NCBI GenBank assembly: GCA_016126025.1
Contig: JAEFDA010000104.1
Location: 1 to 52,333 of the forward strand
Length of the DNA stretch: 52,333 nt
Direction: 5' to 3'
Source of the DNA: Nitrososphaerota archaeon
GTDB lineage: Archaea > Thermoproteota > Nitrososphaeria > Nitrososphaerales > Nitrosopumilaceae
Within the stretch, counting starts at the first letter, position 1. Each line of letters begins with the position of its first letter. Both the position numbers and the translations under genes were made by a program. Below the pieces are notes generated by a model. It was not told the DNA's origin. It did no database searches and worked only from the letters and a program-made list of their open reading frames with translations. Shown here piece after piece: positions 44,352 through 52,333 of the stretch.

Positions 44352-45010
44352 AGGGACCTGACTATGTCCGACCGCAGTATCTCGTACGCCCGGGGGGCGA
44401 GCCTCTCGTCCAGCACCAGGGTGGTGGTGTCGTCGCTGAAGAAGGCGTTCTTCAGCTCTATGCCGTTGCTGTGGAGCACCTCGGCGATGTACGATATGGA
44501 ATCCGGCGGGGCGCGCTCGGGGGGTATGGTCACCTTTATGCGGGCCAGGCCGGAGCCGTGGTGCCGCCGGCCGCCCAGCTCCTCCATGACCCTCCTCACC
44601 GACTCTATGTCCTCGGCCAGGAACCTAACCGAGTCGGCCGTCCTGAAGAACTCGTACTTGTCGGTGGCCTCGGCGAACTTTGAGAGTATGGCCGCCGGAT
44701 CCATCCCCACCTCCTCGGCCGAGAGCCGTATGTCCAGTATGCCGTCGGTCACAGACAGTCGGGCGTTCTTGAGCACCCCCGGGTCCGGCCGCCGGCCGCC
44801 GGCCGCAAACGAGTCGGCGTACCTCTTTATGGCCACCACTATGGTGTTGGGGTTGGCGGGCCTGCCCGTCTCCCTCTCGACCTCCGGCCGTATCTGCGCC
44901 GCCAGGGCGCTGTAGTTTATGACGTTCATCTTCATGCAGTCGTATATGGAGCGGTTCCTGGTTATGATCTCGCGTACCGCCTCGGGCACGGACACGCCGG
45001 CGGGTCTCAT
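44348..45010 (-). CDS. Conserved hypothetical protein (possibly a regulatory/ACT-like fold), translationally coupled to ndh
   Basis: 220-aa ORF with good coding character. The ATGA overlaps the ndh start. The function is not recognisable from the sequence alone. Confidence 0.65.
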   Translation of the reverse strand: MRPAGVSVPEAVREIITRNRSIYDCMKMNVINYSALAAQIRPEVERETGRPANPNTIVVAIKRYADSFAAGGRRPDPGVLKNARLSVTDGILDIRLSAEEVGMDPAAILSKFAEATDKYEFFRTADSVRFLAEDIESVRRVMEELGGRRHHGSGLARIKVTIPPERAPPDSISYIAEVLHSNGIELKNAFFSDDTTTLVLDERLAPRAYEILRSDIVRSL

Positions 45011-45101
45011 GGGACGGGTGCACGGCCCACTCTTATTAACATATAGTCATGGAATGAATATGCTATGTTCTAAATCAGAGTATCTATTACGGAAACTTTA
45101 T

Positions 45102-45125
45102 ATTATGTAATATCTATTACATAAT
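45102..45125. promoter_or_regulatory. Perfect 10-bp inverted repeat (ATTATGTAAT-atct-ATTACATAAT) between the TATA box and the hsp20 ATG
   Basis: Read directly from the sequence. It overlaps the TATA-like TTTATATTA (45097-45105) and ends 3 nt before the ATG at 45128. TATCTATTAC also recurs at 45081 and 45111. Confidence 0.6.
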
Positions 45126-45127
45126 CA

Positions 45128-45571
45128 ATGAGAATGACACCGTTTGAGGAGTTCGACAGGCTCTTCGAGAGAATGTTCCGCGGGAGCGTCTCCCCCCGGA
45201 CCGGCACGCCGGTCTGGTGCGGGTGCGAGGTGGCCGTGGGTCCGGACGGCGTGCCCAGGGTGCGCGAGTACGGGAACGCGGCAGAGTCGGGGCGCCGGCT
45301 GCCCATAGAGGTCATAGACGACGGGAAGAGCGGCCGCCTGAAGGTGGTGGCCGAGATCCCCGGCGTTGAGAAGGATGACATAGAGGTGACCCTGGAGGAG
45401 GGGTCCGTTACAGTACGGGCCACCCGGGGCGAGACCGCATACGAGGGAAGCGTCCCCCTGCGCGAGAACGTCGACCGTGACTCGGTGAAGGCGGCCTACA
45501 GGAACGGCATCCTGGAGGTATCCTTTGCCGTGGAGAGCAGGCCCAAGGGCCAAAGGGTAAGTGTGGAGTAG
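45128..45571 (+). CDS. hsp20: Small heat-shock protein, Hsp20/alpha-crystallin family
   Basis: 147 aa. 'LKVVAEIPGVEKDDIEVTLEEGSVTVRA' and 'AAYRNGILEVSF' are alpha-crystallin domain motifs. Confidence 0.9.
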   Translation: MRMTPFEEFDRLFERMFRGSVSPRTGTPVWCGCEVAVGPDGVPRVREYGNAAESGRRLPIEVIDDGKSGRLKVVAEIPGVEKDDIEVTLEEGSVTVRATRGETAYEGSVPLRENVDRDSVKAAYRNGILEVSFAVESRPKGQRVSVE

Positions 45572-45580
45572 CCTTGCCCA

Positions 45581-45594
45581 TTTTTTGCTTTTTT
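45581..45594 (+). terminator. Oligo-T tract (T6-GC-T6), likely an archaeal terminator after hsp20
   Basis: TTTTTTGCTTTTTT begins 10 nt after the hsp20 stop. It could also serve as the AT-rich promoter element for cdc48, about 27 nt upstream of the GTG at 45615. Confidence 0.45.
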
Positions 45595-45614
45595 GATGGT
45601 ATGGAGGTGATGGA

Positions 45615-47762
45615 GTGGTAGACAAGTACAGGCTGAAGGTGGCCGGGATGGCCCAGCGGCAGGGCGACCGGGGCAGGGTCGTGGTGGACCCCCAGGTGGC
45701 CGAGATGGCCGGCTGGGAGACCGGCCAGATACTAGAGATATCATATGACAAGAACACCTATGCCCGCCTCTGGCCGGGGACCGTGCAGTATGGCTCGGGC
45801 ATCATAGAGATGGACGGCGCCACGCGGCGGAACGCCGGGGCAGGCATGGGGGACCGCGTGGGGGTGCGCGCCGTGCGCGCCCAGGACGCCGCCGAGGTGG
45901 TGGTGTCTCCCGCCGAGGGCATAGAGGTCGCCGGGCTGCAGGAGTTCATGGTCGAGGCGTACGGCAACCGGGTGCTGGGGATCGGCGACACGCTGACGGT
46001 CGGCACCAACCTGGGAACCCGGGTGGCGCTGGCGGTGGTCTCCACCAGGCCGGCGGGCCCCGTGGTGGTGGTACCGAATACAAGGTTCAAGCTGGGCAAG
46101 CCGGGGATGTCCGCCTCGCCGGTGTTCACGTATGATGACCTGGGGGGGCTGGACTCGGAGATCAAGAAGATCCGGGAGATGGTGGAGCTGCCCCTCCGGC
46201 ACCCGGAGCTCTTCGAGAAGGCGGGCATAGAGGCCCCCAAGGGGGTGCTGCTGCACGGCCCGCCGGGGACCGGCAAGACGCTCCTGGCGCGGGCCGTCGC
46301 CGGCGAGACCAGCGCCCACTTTCTGCATGTCAGCGGGCCGGAGATCATGGGCAAGTACCACGGCGAGAGCGAGGAGCGCATACGGGGGGTGTTCGAGGAG
46401 GCCTCCAAGAACGCGCCCAGCATCATATTCATAGACGAGATGGACTCTATCGCTCCCAAGCGGGACGACACGCACGGGGAGGTGGAGAAGCGGGTGGTAT
46501 CCCAGCTGCTCACCCTGATGGACGGGCTCAAGGCCCGGGGCAAGGTGGTGGTCATAGGGGCCACCAACCGGCCCGACTCGATAGACCCGGCGCTGAGGAG
46601 GCCGGGCCGCTTCGACCGGGAGATGGAGATAGGCATACCCGATATCAAGGGGCGCCGCGACATACTGCAGATACACACCCGCATGATGCCCCTGGAGTCG
46701 GTGGACTTGGAGCAGGTGGCCCGGGTGACCCACGGTTTTGTGGGGGCGGACCTGCAGGCGCTCTCCAAGGAGGCGGCCATGGGGGCGCTGCGCCGCCTGA
46801 TACCGGATATGGACTTGGAGCAGGACCGCATACCTCCGGATGTGCTCAAAAAGATCCGGATAGGGCCCGACGACTTCCGGGAGGCCCTGCGGGAGGTGCG
46901 GCCCAGCGCCCTGCGGGAGGTGCTGGTGCAGGTGCCCGACGTGGGGTGGGACGATGTGGGCGGCCTGGATACGCTGAAGGAGGAGGTGCGGGAGGCCGTG
47001 GAGTGGCCCCTCAAACATTCTGAGGCGTTCGCGCACGTGGGGGCCCGCTCGCCCCGGGGCATACTGCTGCATGGCCCGCCGGGGACCGGCAAGACCCTGG
47101 TGGCCAAGGCCCTGGCGCATGAGACCGACTCCAACTTCATCAGCGTGAAGGGTCCTGAGCTGCTCTCCAAGTGGGTGGGCGAGTCCGAGAAGGGCGTCCG
47201 GGAGATATTCCGAAAGGCCCGCCAGGCGGCGCCCTGCGTGATATTCTTTGATGAGGTGGACTCGCTGGCCCCGGCCCGGGGGACGGACACGGGGACCCAC
47301 GTTACAGAGAACGTGGTCTCGCAGCTGCTCTCGGAGATGGACGGGCTAGAGGAGATGCACGATGTGGTGGTTGTGGCCGCCACCAACCGGCCGGACATGA
47401 TAGATTCGGCCCTGCTGCGGCCCGGCCGCTTCGACCGTATCATAGAGGTGGGCCTGCCGGATGCGGCCGGCCGCGACCACATACTGCGGATACACATGCG
47501 GGGCAGGCCGACGGCCGGCGAGATAGACTATGACACTCTGGCGGCGCGGACCGATAAGATGGCGGGCGCCGAGCTGCGTGCCGTGGTGGACGGGGCGGCC
47601 ATGGCCGCCCTGCGCCGCCACGTGAACGGGGGAGTGGATCTGAAGGAGACGGCTATAACGCAGGAGGACTTGGAGGAGTCCGTATCCAAGGTGGGGGGCG
47701 CCCAGTCCCGGAACGGGCCGTCCCAGGTGCCAAAGCACCAGCTCCACATTCCATCCTACTAG
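45615..47762 (+). CDS. cdc48: CDC48/VCP-like AAA+ ATPase (two AAA domains)
   Basis: 715 aa with an N-terminal double-psi-barrel-like domain. Walker A appears twice ('GVLLHGPPGTGKTLLA', 'GILLHGPPGTGKTLVA'), as does Walker B ('IIFIDEMD', 'VIFFDEVD'). Confidence 0.93.
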   Translation: MVDKYRLKVAGMAQRQGDRGRVVVDPQVAEMAGWETGQILEISYDKNTYARLWPGTVQYGSGIIEMDGATRRNAGAGMGDRVGVRAVRAQDAAEVVVSPAEGIEVAGLQEFMVEAYGNRVLGIGDTLTVGTNLGTRVALAVVSTRPAGPVVVVPNTRFKLGKPGMSASPVFTYDDLGGLDSEIKKIREMVELPLRHPELFEKAGIEAPKGVLLHGPPGTGKTLLARAVAGETSAHFLHVSGPEIMGKYHGESEERIRGVFEEASKNAPSIIFIDEMDSIAPKRDDTHGEVEKRVVSQLLTLMDGLKARGKVVVIGATNRPDSIDPALRRPGRFDREMEIGIPDIKGRRDILQIHTRMMPLESVDLEQVARVTHGFVGADLQALSKEAAMGALRRLIPDMDLEQDRIPPDVLKKIRIGPDDFREALREVRPSALREVLVQVPDVGWDDVGGLDTLKEEVREAVEWPLKHSEAFAHVGARSPRGILLHGPPGTGKTLVAKALAHETDSNFISVKGPELLSKWVGESEKGVREIFRKARQAAPCVIFFDEVDSLAPARGTDTGTHVTENVVSQLLSEMDGLEEMHDVVVVAATNRPDMIDSALLRPGRFDRIIEVGLPDAAGRDHILRIHMRGRPTAGEIDYDTLAARTDKMAGAELRAVVDGAAMAALRRHVNGGVDLKETAITQEDLEESVSKVGGAQSRNGPSQVPKHQLHIPSY

Positions 47763-48470
47763 TAATACTAGACCATCTCTTGGTCGCCACTATGCAGTAT
47801 CGATTCTAGCCGCTATGCACCTACAGCGCTATGTGGTTGGTCCCTAGAAGATATGGAAGGTTGCACGGGCGAGGTGTGGGCGTATCGGACGGCTAGGCAT
47901 TTGGCGTGTTCGGATAAGGCGGGCACATCTGTTGTTGGTGTGGCCGGATCCTCACAATCGCCGACCTCGCATCATACATGTGACCACACCATGTCGATTA
48001 GGCGTGGATTTGACATATCCTGTCCTGGACTGTTTGGATTATTCCTCATCTCCTTACCACTCATTCGAGAATATTTGGTCGTGCGGACTATAGATCTGGT
48101 AGTTTAAGCAATAGTATTGTACGTATAGTTGGGACCATTTAGATCATATTCAGTTCTTGCGGAAGGAACCCCATATCCCGGTTGTGTATGGGGTTTGCGG
48201 AGGAATGGGTTGGCTTGCATTCCATGGTGTGTAATATGCATGAAAATCCAGACCAATCGACTTTGCAGAATAGCCATTACTACACAGTCTGGCAAGCGCG
48301 CCGCGCCCGGGCTGGTCTTCACGGCGGTGTAACCTGCCAACAGCGACCTCCCGGCAGGCTGCCAAGCCACAAGAGCCTCACATACGTGGTGCACAGCGGC
48401 GGGTCAAAAACCACCCCGTATACGGGCGGGTAGCCGGGCACCAGTTACCACCGTCGGCCACCACGACTCG

Positions 48471-48692
48471 TCATTTTTCGGCAAGTTTCATTTCAAGACC
48501 GGCAATCTCTTCTTCAAGGCTTGCGACCACGGCACCCTTCATCTTAGCCATATTCCTCTTCTCTTCTGCCATGTCAGCATACTCTGCAGCTGCGCGGTCA
48601 TCGGCCTCCATCTCGTCTGCCAAGCGCTGATAATCCAGCATCGCTTCCCGTAATTCACGTTCCCATCCATCCCGGGTGTCTTTGTCTGCCAT
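48471..48692 (-). CDS. Small helical protein, paralog of 1157..1375
   Basis: 73 aa, 'MADKDTRDGWERELREAMLDYQRLADEME...EEKRNMAKMKGAVVASLEEEIAGLEMKLAEK'. The ATG lies 2 nt after the upstream stop (TGAATATG). Confidence 0.6.
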   Translation of the reverse strand: MADKDTRDGWERELREAMLDYQRLADEMEADDRAAAEYADMAEEKRNMAKMKGAVVASLEEEIAGLEMKLAEK

Positions 48693-48694
48693 AT

Positions 48695-48835
48695 TCAGTC
48701 CGAGTCGGACACATCATGGGCCTGGCGGAACAGCGTTGCTATGCGCGAAAAGCTGCTGGCTATGTCGTGCTCGCCAAGCTCGCGGGCCTCCGCAGCGCAT
48801 CTGTCCATGTTTCGGGCGGTATCCAGATATCCCAT
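48695..48835 (-). CDS. 46-aa protein, paralog of 1350..1490 (below the ORF-track size cut-off)
   Basis: My own translation: MGYLDTARNMDRCAAEARELGEHDIASSFSRIATLFRQAHDVSDSD. An ATTTTTAAG element lies about 28 nt upstream of the ATG. Confidence 0.55.
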   Translation of the reverse strand: MGYLDTARNMDRCAAEARELGEHDIASSFSRIATLFRQAHDVSDSD

Positions 48836-49354
48836 GCTATCAATACACGTGGTTCGTACTTAAAAATGTCGATATGGTAGCGCCCTCACAAAATTGGGAC
48901 AGTTCGGCTCATGGATCTGACTGCCGGGTCCCCCGCGGCGGCGGATCACATGCTACCTGGCACCACAGAGCAGGTCTCACAGGGCACGTGGGCGGGGCGG
49001 GCGCGCCTTCAGGGGAATGTTCGGCAGGTTCCGCAACCCCAAGCCCCTGCATTTCTGGGAGAGCTACATCCACAACGAGTACTCCAATAACAACAGCCAC
49101 GAAAGGCTCAACGGCGACCCAAACGGGACATGCGCAGCCCATCTGGGACGGCTGCGTATAGAATATCCAGTAAGAGCCGTTTTTGAGGCGGTTTTTGTCA
49201 AAGTCGGAGGCCAAAACGGGCAGTCTGGTCCCAGCACCCGCGTTTGCACAAGAACCCATCAGCCGACTTGAGACAGAACCGGCCTTACCGGTAAAAATCC
49301 GGAAGACACAACCTGTCAAAACAGATGAGCATTACGTTCGATCTTGGCACAAAT

Positions 49355-49394
49355 GAACACATTCGAGCGCAAGTGAGCACAAGTGAGCACAGGA
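49355..49394 (+). repeat. Phased decamer array GAACACATTC GAGCGCAAGT GAGCACAAGT GAGCACAGGA
   Basis: Four consecutive 10-bp units plus a weaker GGCACAAAT unit just upstream. The array ends about 12 nt before the TATA-like TTTATA (49406-49411). Confidence 0.85.
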
Positions 49395-49437
49395 TATGAG
49401 CTGTCTTTATAGACACTACATGGGGGCATGCTCGAAA

Positions 49438-51408
49438 ATGAACAGGACATCATACGCACTCCTACTGTCGGTGACGGTGCTGGCGGGAGGAGGGGCACAT
49501 ATGGGCGATTCGTACGCGCAGACAAACGCAGAGGTTAACACCATAGCGAACACGGCAGAGGCCAACATGATCTTGGATGCTATCCGGGCCGCTCTGGAAG
49601 ACTTGGTGGCCGCGCTGCCGCTGCTGTCAGACGACATGGACAGGTTCGAATCCCGGATAAGCGACCTTGAGTCAAAGCTGGATAGCATTATCGCAGGGTT
49701 AGATGAAAACTTGGCAAGCGACGACAGCGAGTCTTCCTTGGCCATTCTGGAGTCGATACAGGAGGTGAACGAGCAGCTGGCTGATCTGCAGACGGGTGCG
49801 GACCAGTTCTCCGGCGGATCTGGACCGATGCAGGGAATGAACGGGGACGGTGCCCCAGCCCCGCCCGTGTTAAGCTATGCTAGGGCGGAGGTCGCCTTCG
49901 GCACCCTCGCCACCGAGAAAGCCGGCGACAGCGTTGACCTGGTCAGGGGCAACGCCATGTACGGGATCATCCTACCGCGCATCACCGACTGGCTTCTGGA
50001 GGAGGTGTCGCCGGGACACAATGATGCCCCGATAATATTCCGCTATCTTACGCTGCTGTACAACGCCGCCTTTGATGCCGTGGCACCATACCACCCCACC
50101 GCGGTGGGGGTCTATTCGCGCATGGAGCACCGCCCCGCGCTGGAGTCTGAGACAAACCTGATGCCAAACACGGCAGTCATGCACGCCGCCTATAGGTCTA
50201 TGCTGGAGTTCGCTCCGCACCGGGCCGACGAGTGGCGGGGCATGATGACCGCGTATGGCCTTGATCCGGATGACGAAAGAGGTCTTGGCCTTGACTGCGC
50301 CCAGACGCATGACTTGGACTCGCCGGTTGCCATGGGCAACCACGCCGCAGAGTGCGTGCTGGACGCGCGCCGCAACGACGGCTTCAACCACTTTGGCACC
50401 GTAAACATCCCGCCGTTCGGTGACACCACCGGTTACACGCCTGTCAACACGCCGGGCAGCCTGGTGGATCCGTCGCGCTGGTCGCCCCTGTACGCATTCA
50501 ACCGCCTGGGCGAGTTCGGCGTACAGGAGTTTGCCACGCCCCAATGGGCCAACACGGAGACCTACTCTGGCTTGGACCAGCGCTCCATCCGCGTGCCGCC
50601 GCCATCGAGCAGCAACCACCGCAACGCCGACGCGTACCAGGCGCAGGCCGACGAGGTGATCCGCCTGAGGGCAAATCTGACCGGCAGCGACAAGATTCTG
50701 ATCGAATTCTTCGACAATAAGTTTCGCGAATTAAGCCACAGTCCGGCGCTCAAGAACATCCCAGACGTAGTAGACTATGTCCAACTCGAGTTCCTGCTGA
50801 ACATGGCAAAGTTCGATGCGGGCACCATAATCTGGCAGGAGAAGACGCGCTACGACGCGGTGCGGCCCACCACGGCCATACACTACCTCTACGGCGAGGA
50901 TCCGGTCCCGATATCGGTGGATGCCCACGGAAACGCGGCAATGGTGCCGGGCAACCTGTGGCGGAGCTACCTGCAGACCGCCGACCATCCTGAGTACCCG
51001 TCGGCGACGACGTGCTTCTGCGCCGCCTATGCGGAGGCGTGGCGGCTCTACTCGGGCACGGACGACCTTCCGGTGTATACGGAAGGCGACGGGGTTGTGC
51101 ACGGTTATACCGCCACGCTGGAGGCAGGATCGTCTCTGATCGAGCCGCAGGTAACGCCGTCCGAAGACGTCGAGGTGGTGTTCGACTCGTGGTCGGATTA
51201 CGAGCAGAGGTGCGCCGCAAGCCGCGTCATATCCGGTACCCACTTTTGGCCCGCGGTGGAAGTGTCCGTCGACGCGTGCAACATCGCATCCAACGCGGTC
51301 TTTGCATACTGGGAGACTCTGGTTCACGGGACCGCTCCGATCAAGGGGCCCGCCACGGGGTTGACTCCGGATCCGCTGCTGAACGGACCGTCTTGGACTG
51401 GGTACTAA
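49438..51408 (+). CDS. Secreted PAP2 / vanadium-haloperoxidase-like protein with an N-terminal coiled-coil region
   Basis: The ATG at 49438 gives signal 'MNRTSYALLLSVTVLAGGGA'. PAP2 motif 1 'KTRYDAVRP' fits K-x6-RP. Motif 2 is 'HPEYPSATT' where PSGH is expected. Motif 3 is 'SRVISGTHFWPA', i.e. SR-x5-H with the final Asp replaced. Confidence 0.8.
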   Translation: MNRTSYALLLSVTVLAGGGAHMGDSYAQTNAEVNTIANTAEANMILDAIRAALEDLVAALPLLSDDMDRFESRISDLESKLDSIIAGLDENLASDDSESSLAILESIQEVNEQLADLQTGADQFSGGSGPMQGMNGDGAPAPPVLSYARAEVAFGTLATEKAGDSVDLVRGNAMYGIILPRITDWLLEEVSPGHNDAPIIFRYLTLLYNAAFDAVAPYHPTAVGVYSRMEHRPALESETNLMPNTAVMHAAYRSMLEFAPHRADEWRGMMTAYGLDPDDERGLGLDCAQTHDLDSPVAMGNHAAECVLDARRNDGFNHFGTVNIPPFGDTTGYTPVNTPGSLVDPSRWSPLYAFNRLGEFGVQEFATPQWANTETYSGLDQRSIRVPPPSSSNHRNADAYQAQADEVIRLRANLTGSDKILIEFFDNKFRELSHSPALKNIPDVVDYVQLEFLLNMAKFDAGTIIWQEKTRYDAVRPTTAIHYLYGEDPVPISVDAHGNAAMVPGNLWRSYLQTADHPEYPSATTCFCAAYAEAWRLYSGTDDLPVYTEGDGVVHGYTATLEAGSSLIEPQVTPSEDVEVVFDSWSDYEQRCAASRVISGTHFWPAVEVSVDACNIASNAVFAYWETLVHGTAPIKGPATGLTPDPLLNGPSWTGY

Positions 51409-52161
51409 AAGAAACGCATTCACACAGTTTTGTTATTTTATTTTATACCGCAAGGTACGTGGCCTCGATCGGGCTTGGCTGCGTCATGCCGTGACGGTCG
51501 CCGCGCCGGCGCCATGTGGCGCCGGAGCGGAAGGACGCCGACCCCGACGGGCGGGGCCCTGCGCCCAACGGTTCGGAAACAGGCCGCCCTGCCCGCCCAT
51601 CGGGCGGTCCGCGCCATTCTTCCTGAGATGCTGCGTCCCCCACTTGCACACGTCCAGTCCTTTGCTTGGGAGTATGCGGATCGAACTGTTTAATTTTTCG
51701 ATCGTGTGAATTAAACTCATTCGGTCGGACACGTCTGCTCCTATGTACTGTATTGTGTCTTATGCCGGTCATGATCTAATATATTATTTAAGATCAAAAA
51801 GTATGCTTTCCGATCAGCCCCTGATTCTTGCGGGGTATATATGTACACATTGGCTAAGCGGGCCTGGCCAAAACCGGTGATCTGTCCGGAAAACCAGCCT
51901 GGTTGGGGGCCTCCCGGCTGGCAGAATGGCGCTGTTCTTCCCGAACCGGCCCGGATCTGGTCCCGGAACTGCTCTCGAGTGTCATCGGACGCCGCCAGAA
52001 ACGGCTCTCCGGTCCAGTCTGAATCAGATCTGGAGCCAGCGCGCGCAGTTTTGTTAGGCCGGGCAGCTTTCAAGCCGGTCCAGTTTTGTTCAACTCTCCA
52101 GATTTTGGACAAGGCCGGGGAGCACTCAACACTAAAAGCCCCGCCGCCCCCCGCACATGCG

Positions 52162-52333
52162 ATGCACCAGCGACTGAGGCGGCTCATCACCGAGACGGGG
52201 GCGTTCGCCCACTCACCCGAGAAGCCCTTCGTGCTGGCGTCGGGCCGGACTAGCCCCTACTACTTTGACATGAGGAGGCTGAACGCCCACCCCGAGGGGC
52301 TGCACCTGGCCGCCTCGGCCATACTGGAGCGGG
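52162..52333 (+). CDS. pyrE: Orotate phosphoribosyltransferase, N-terminal part (runs off the window)
   Basis: My own translation from the ATG at 52162: MHQRLRRLITETGAFAHSPEKPFVLASGRTSPYYFDMRRLNAHPEGLHLAASAILER. The 'F.L.SG..SPYY.D.R' pattern is typical of PyrE-type PRTases. Absent from the ORF track because it is open-ended. Confidence 0.7.
   Translation, partial: MHQRLRRLITETGAFAHSPEKPFVLASGRTSPYYFDMRRLNAHPEGLHLAASAILER

Noticed and set aside
49017-49271. An 84-aa ORF with 'NEYSNNNSHERLNGD', reminiscent of the N-x-x-E-x-x-N segment near the C-terminus of some DDE transposases.
   Set aside because: The resemblance rests on a few residues only, and no other transposase motif is present. It is mentioned only as possible IS debris next to the second small-gene cassette.
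51409-52161. A roughly 750-nt stretch with only one unconvincing ORF (51741..52190 -, 149 aa). It has repeated short strings (AAAACCGG, CAGTTTTGTT x2) and a 'GTCCGGAAAACCAGCC' string vaguely like an SRP helix-8 loop.
   Set aside because: The ORF translation has no motifs and looks like GC noise. The GGAA is not flanked by pairing bases and there is no AGCAGCC-type partner. I cannot support a gene or RNA call by eye. A covariance-model scan and RNA-seq would settle it.
1-52333. tRNA, rRNA and other canonical RNA genes.
   Set aside because: Scanning by eye for T-arm (GGTTCGAATCC-like) or rRNA signatures found nothing convincing. Absence cannot be proven without tRNAscan-SE or Infernal.

Overview
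A 52.3-kb piece of a GC-rich archaeal chromosome. It carries the archaea-specific pantoate kinase and phosphopantothenate synthetase next to panB and coaBC, a CDC48 ATPase, NDH-2, Hsp20, and TATA boxes about 27 nt upstream of most start codons. The gene content looks like Nitrososphaerota/Thaumarchaeota, possibly a Cenarchaeum-like symbiont, but that is inference only. The GC-rich backbone holds housekeeping genes: a PP-loop tRNA-thiolation-type ATPase, an M24 Xaa-Pro peptidase, a six-gene CoA operon, an AbrB-PhoU regulator, a Nudix hydrolase, an AIM24-family protein, NDH-2, Hsp20, CDC48 and the start of pyrE. It also encodes an unusually dense set of exported proteins: a YfbK-like vWA protein, a 1136-aa LVIVD-repeat protein with about 21 repeats, a LivK-like binding protein fused to a serpin, a MacB/FtsX ABC pair with a CARDB-like protein, an anchored cyclophilin, an orphan family-5 solute-binding protein, and a variant PAP2/vanadium-haloperoxidase-like protein. 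Small, visibly AT-richer islets interrupt the backbone and carry accessory cargo. These include decayed IS630, rve and IS1595 transposase remnants, an AbiEi/AbiEii-like pair, and an AbrB-PIN pair whose antitoxin start is out of frame. The best candidate for an undescribed system is a low-GC two-gene module at 5134-6838: a 309-aa helical protein translationally coupled to a split PIN-like nuclease. Also notable are a small two-gene cassette (46 aa + about 72 aa) present twice, and 10-bp-phased (G/A)CACA decamer arrays abutting TATA boxes at several promoters. I recognised no rRNA, tRNA or CRISPR array. Long antisense ORFs in the track are treated as GC-driven shadows.
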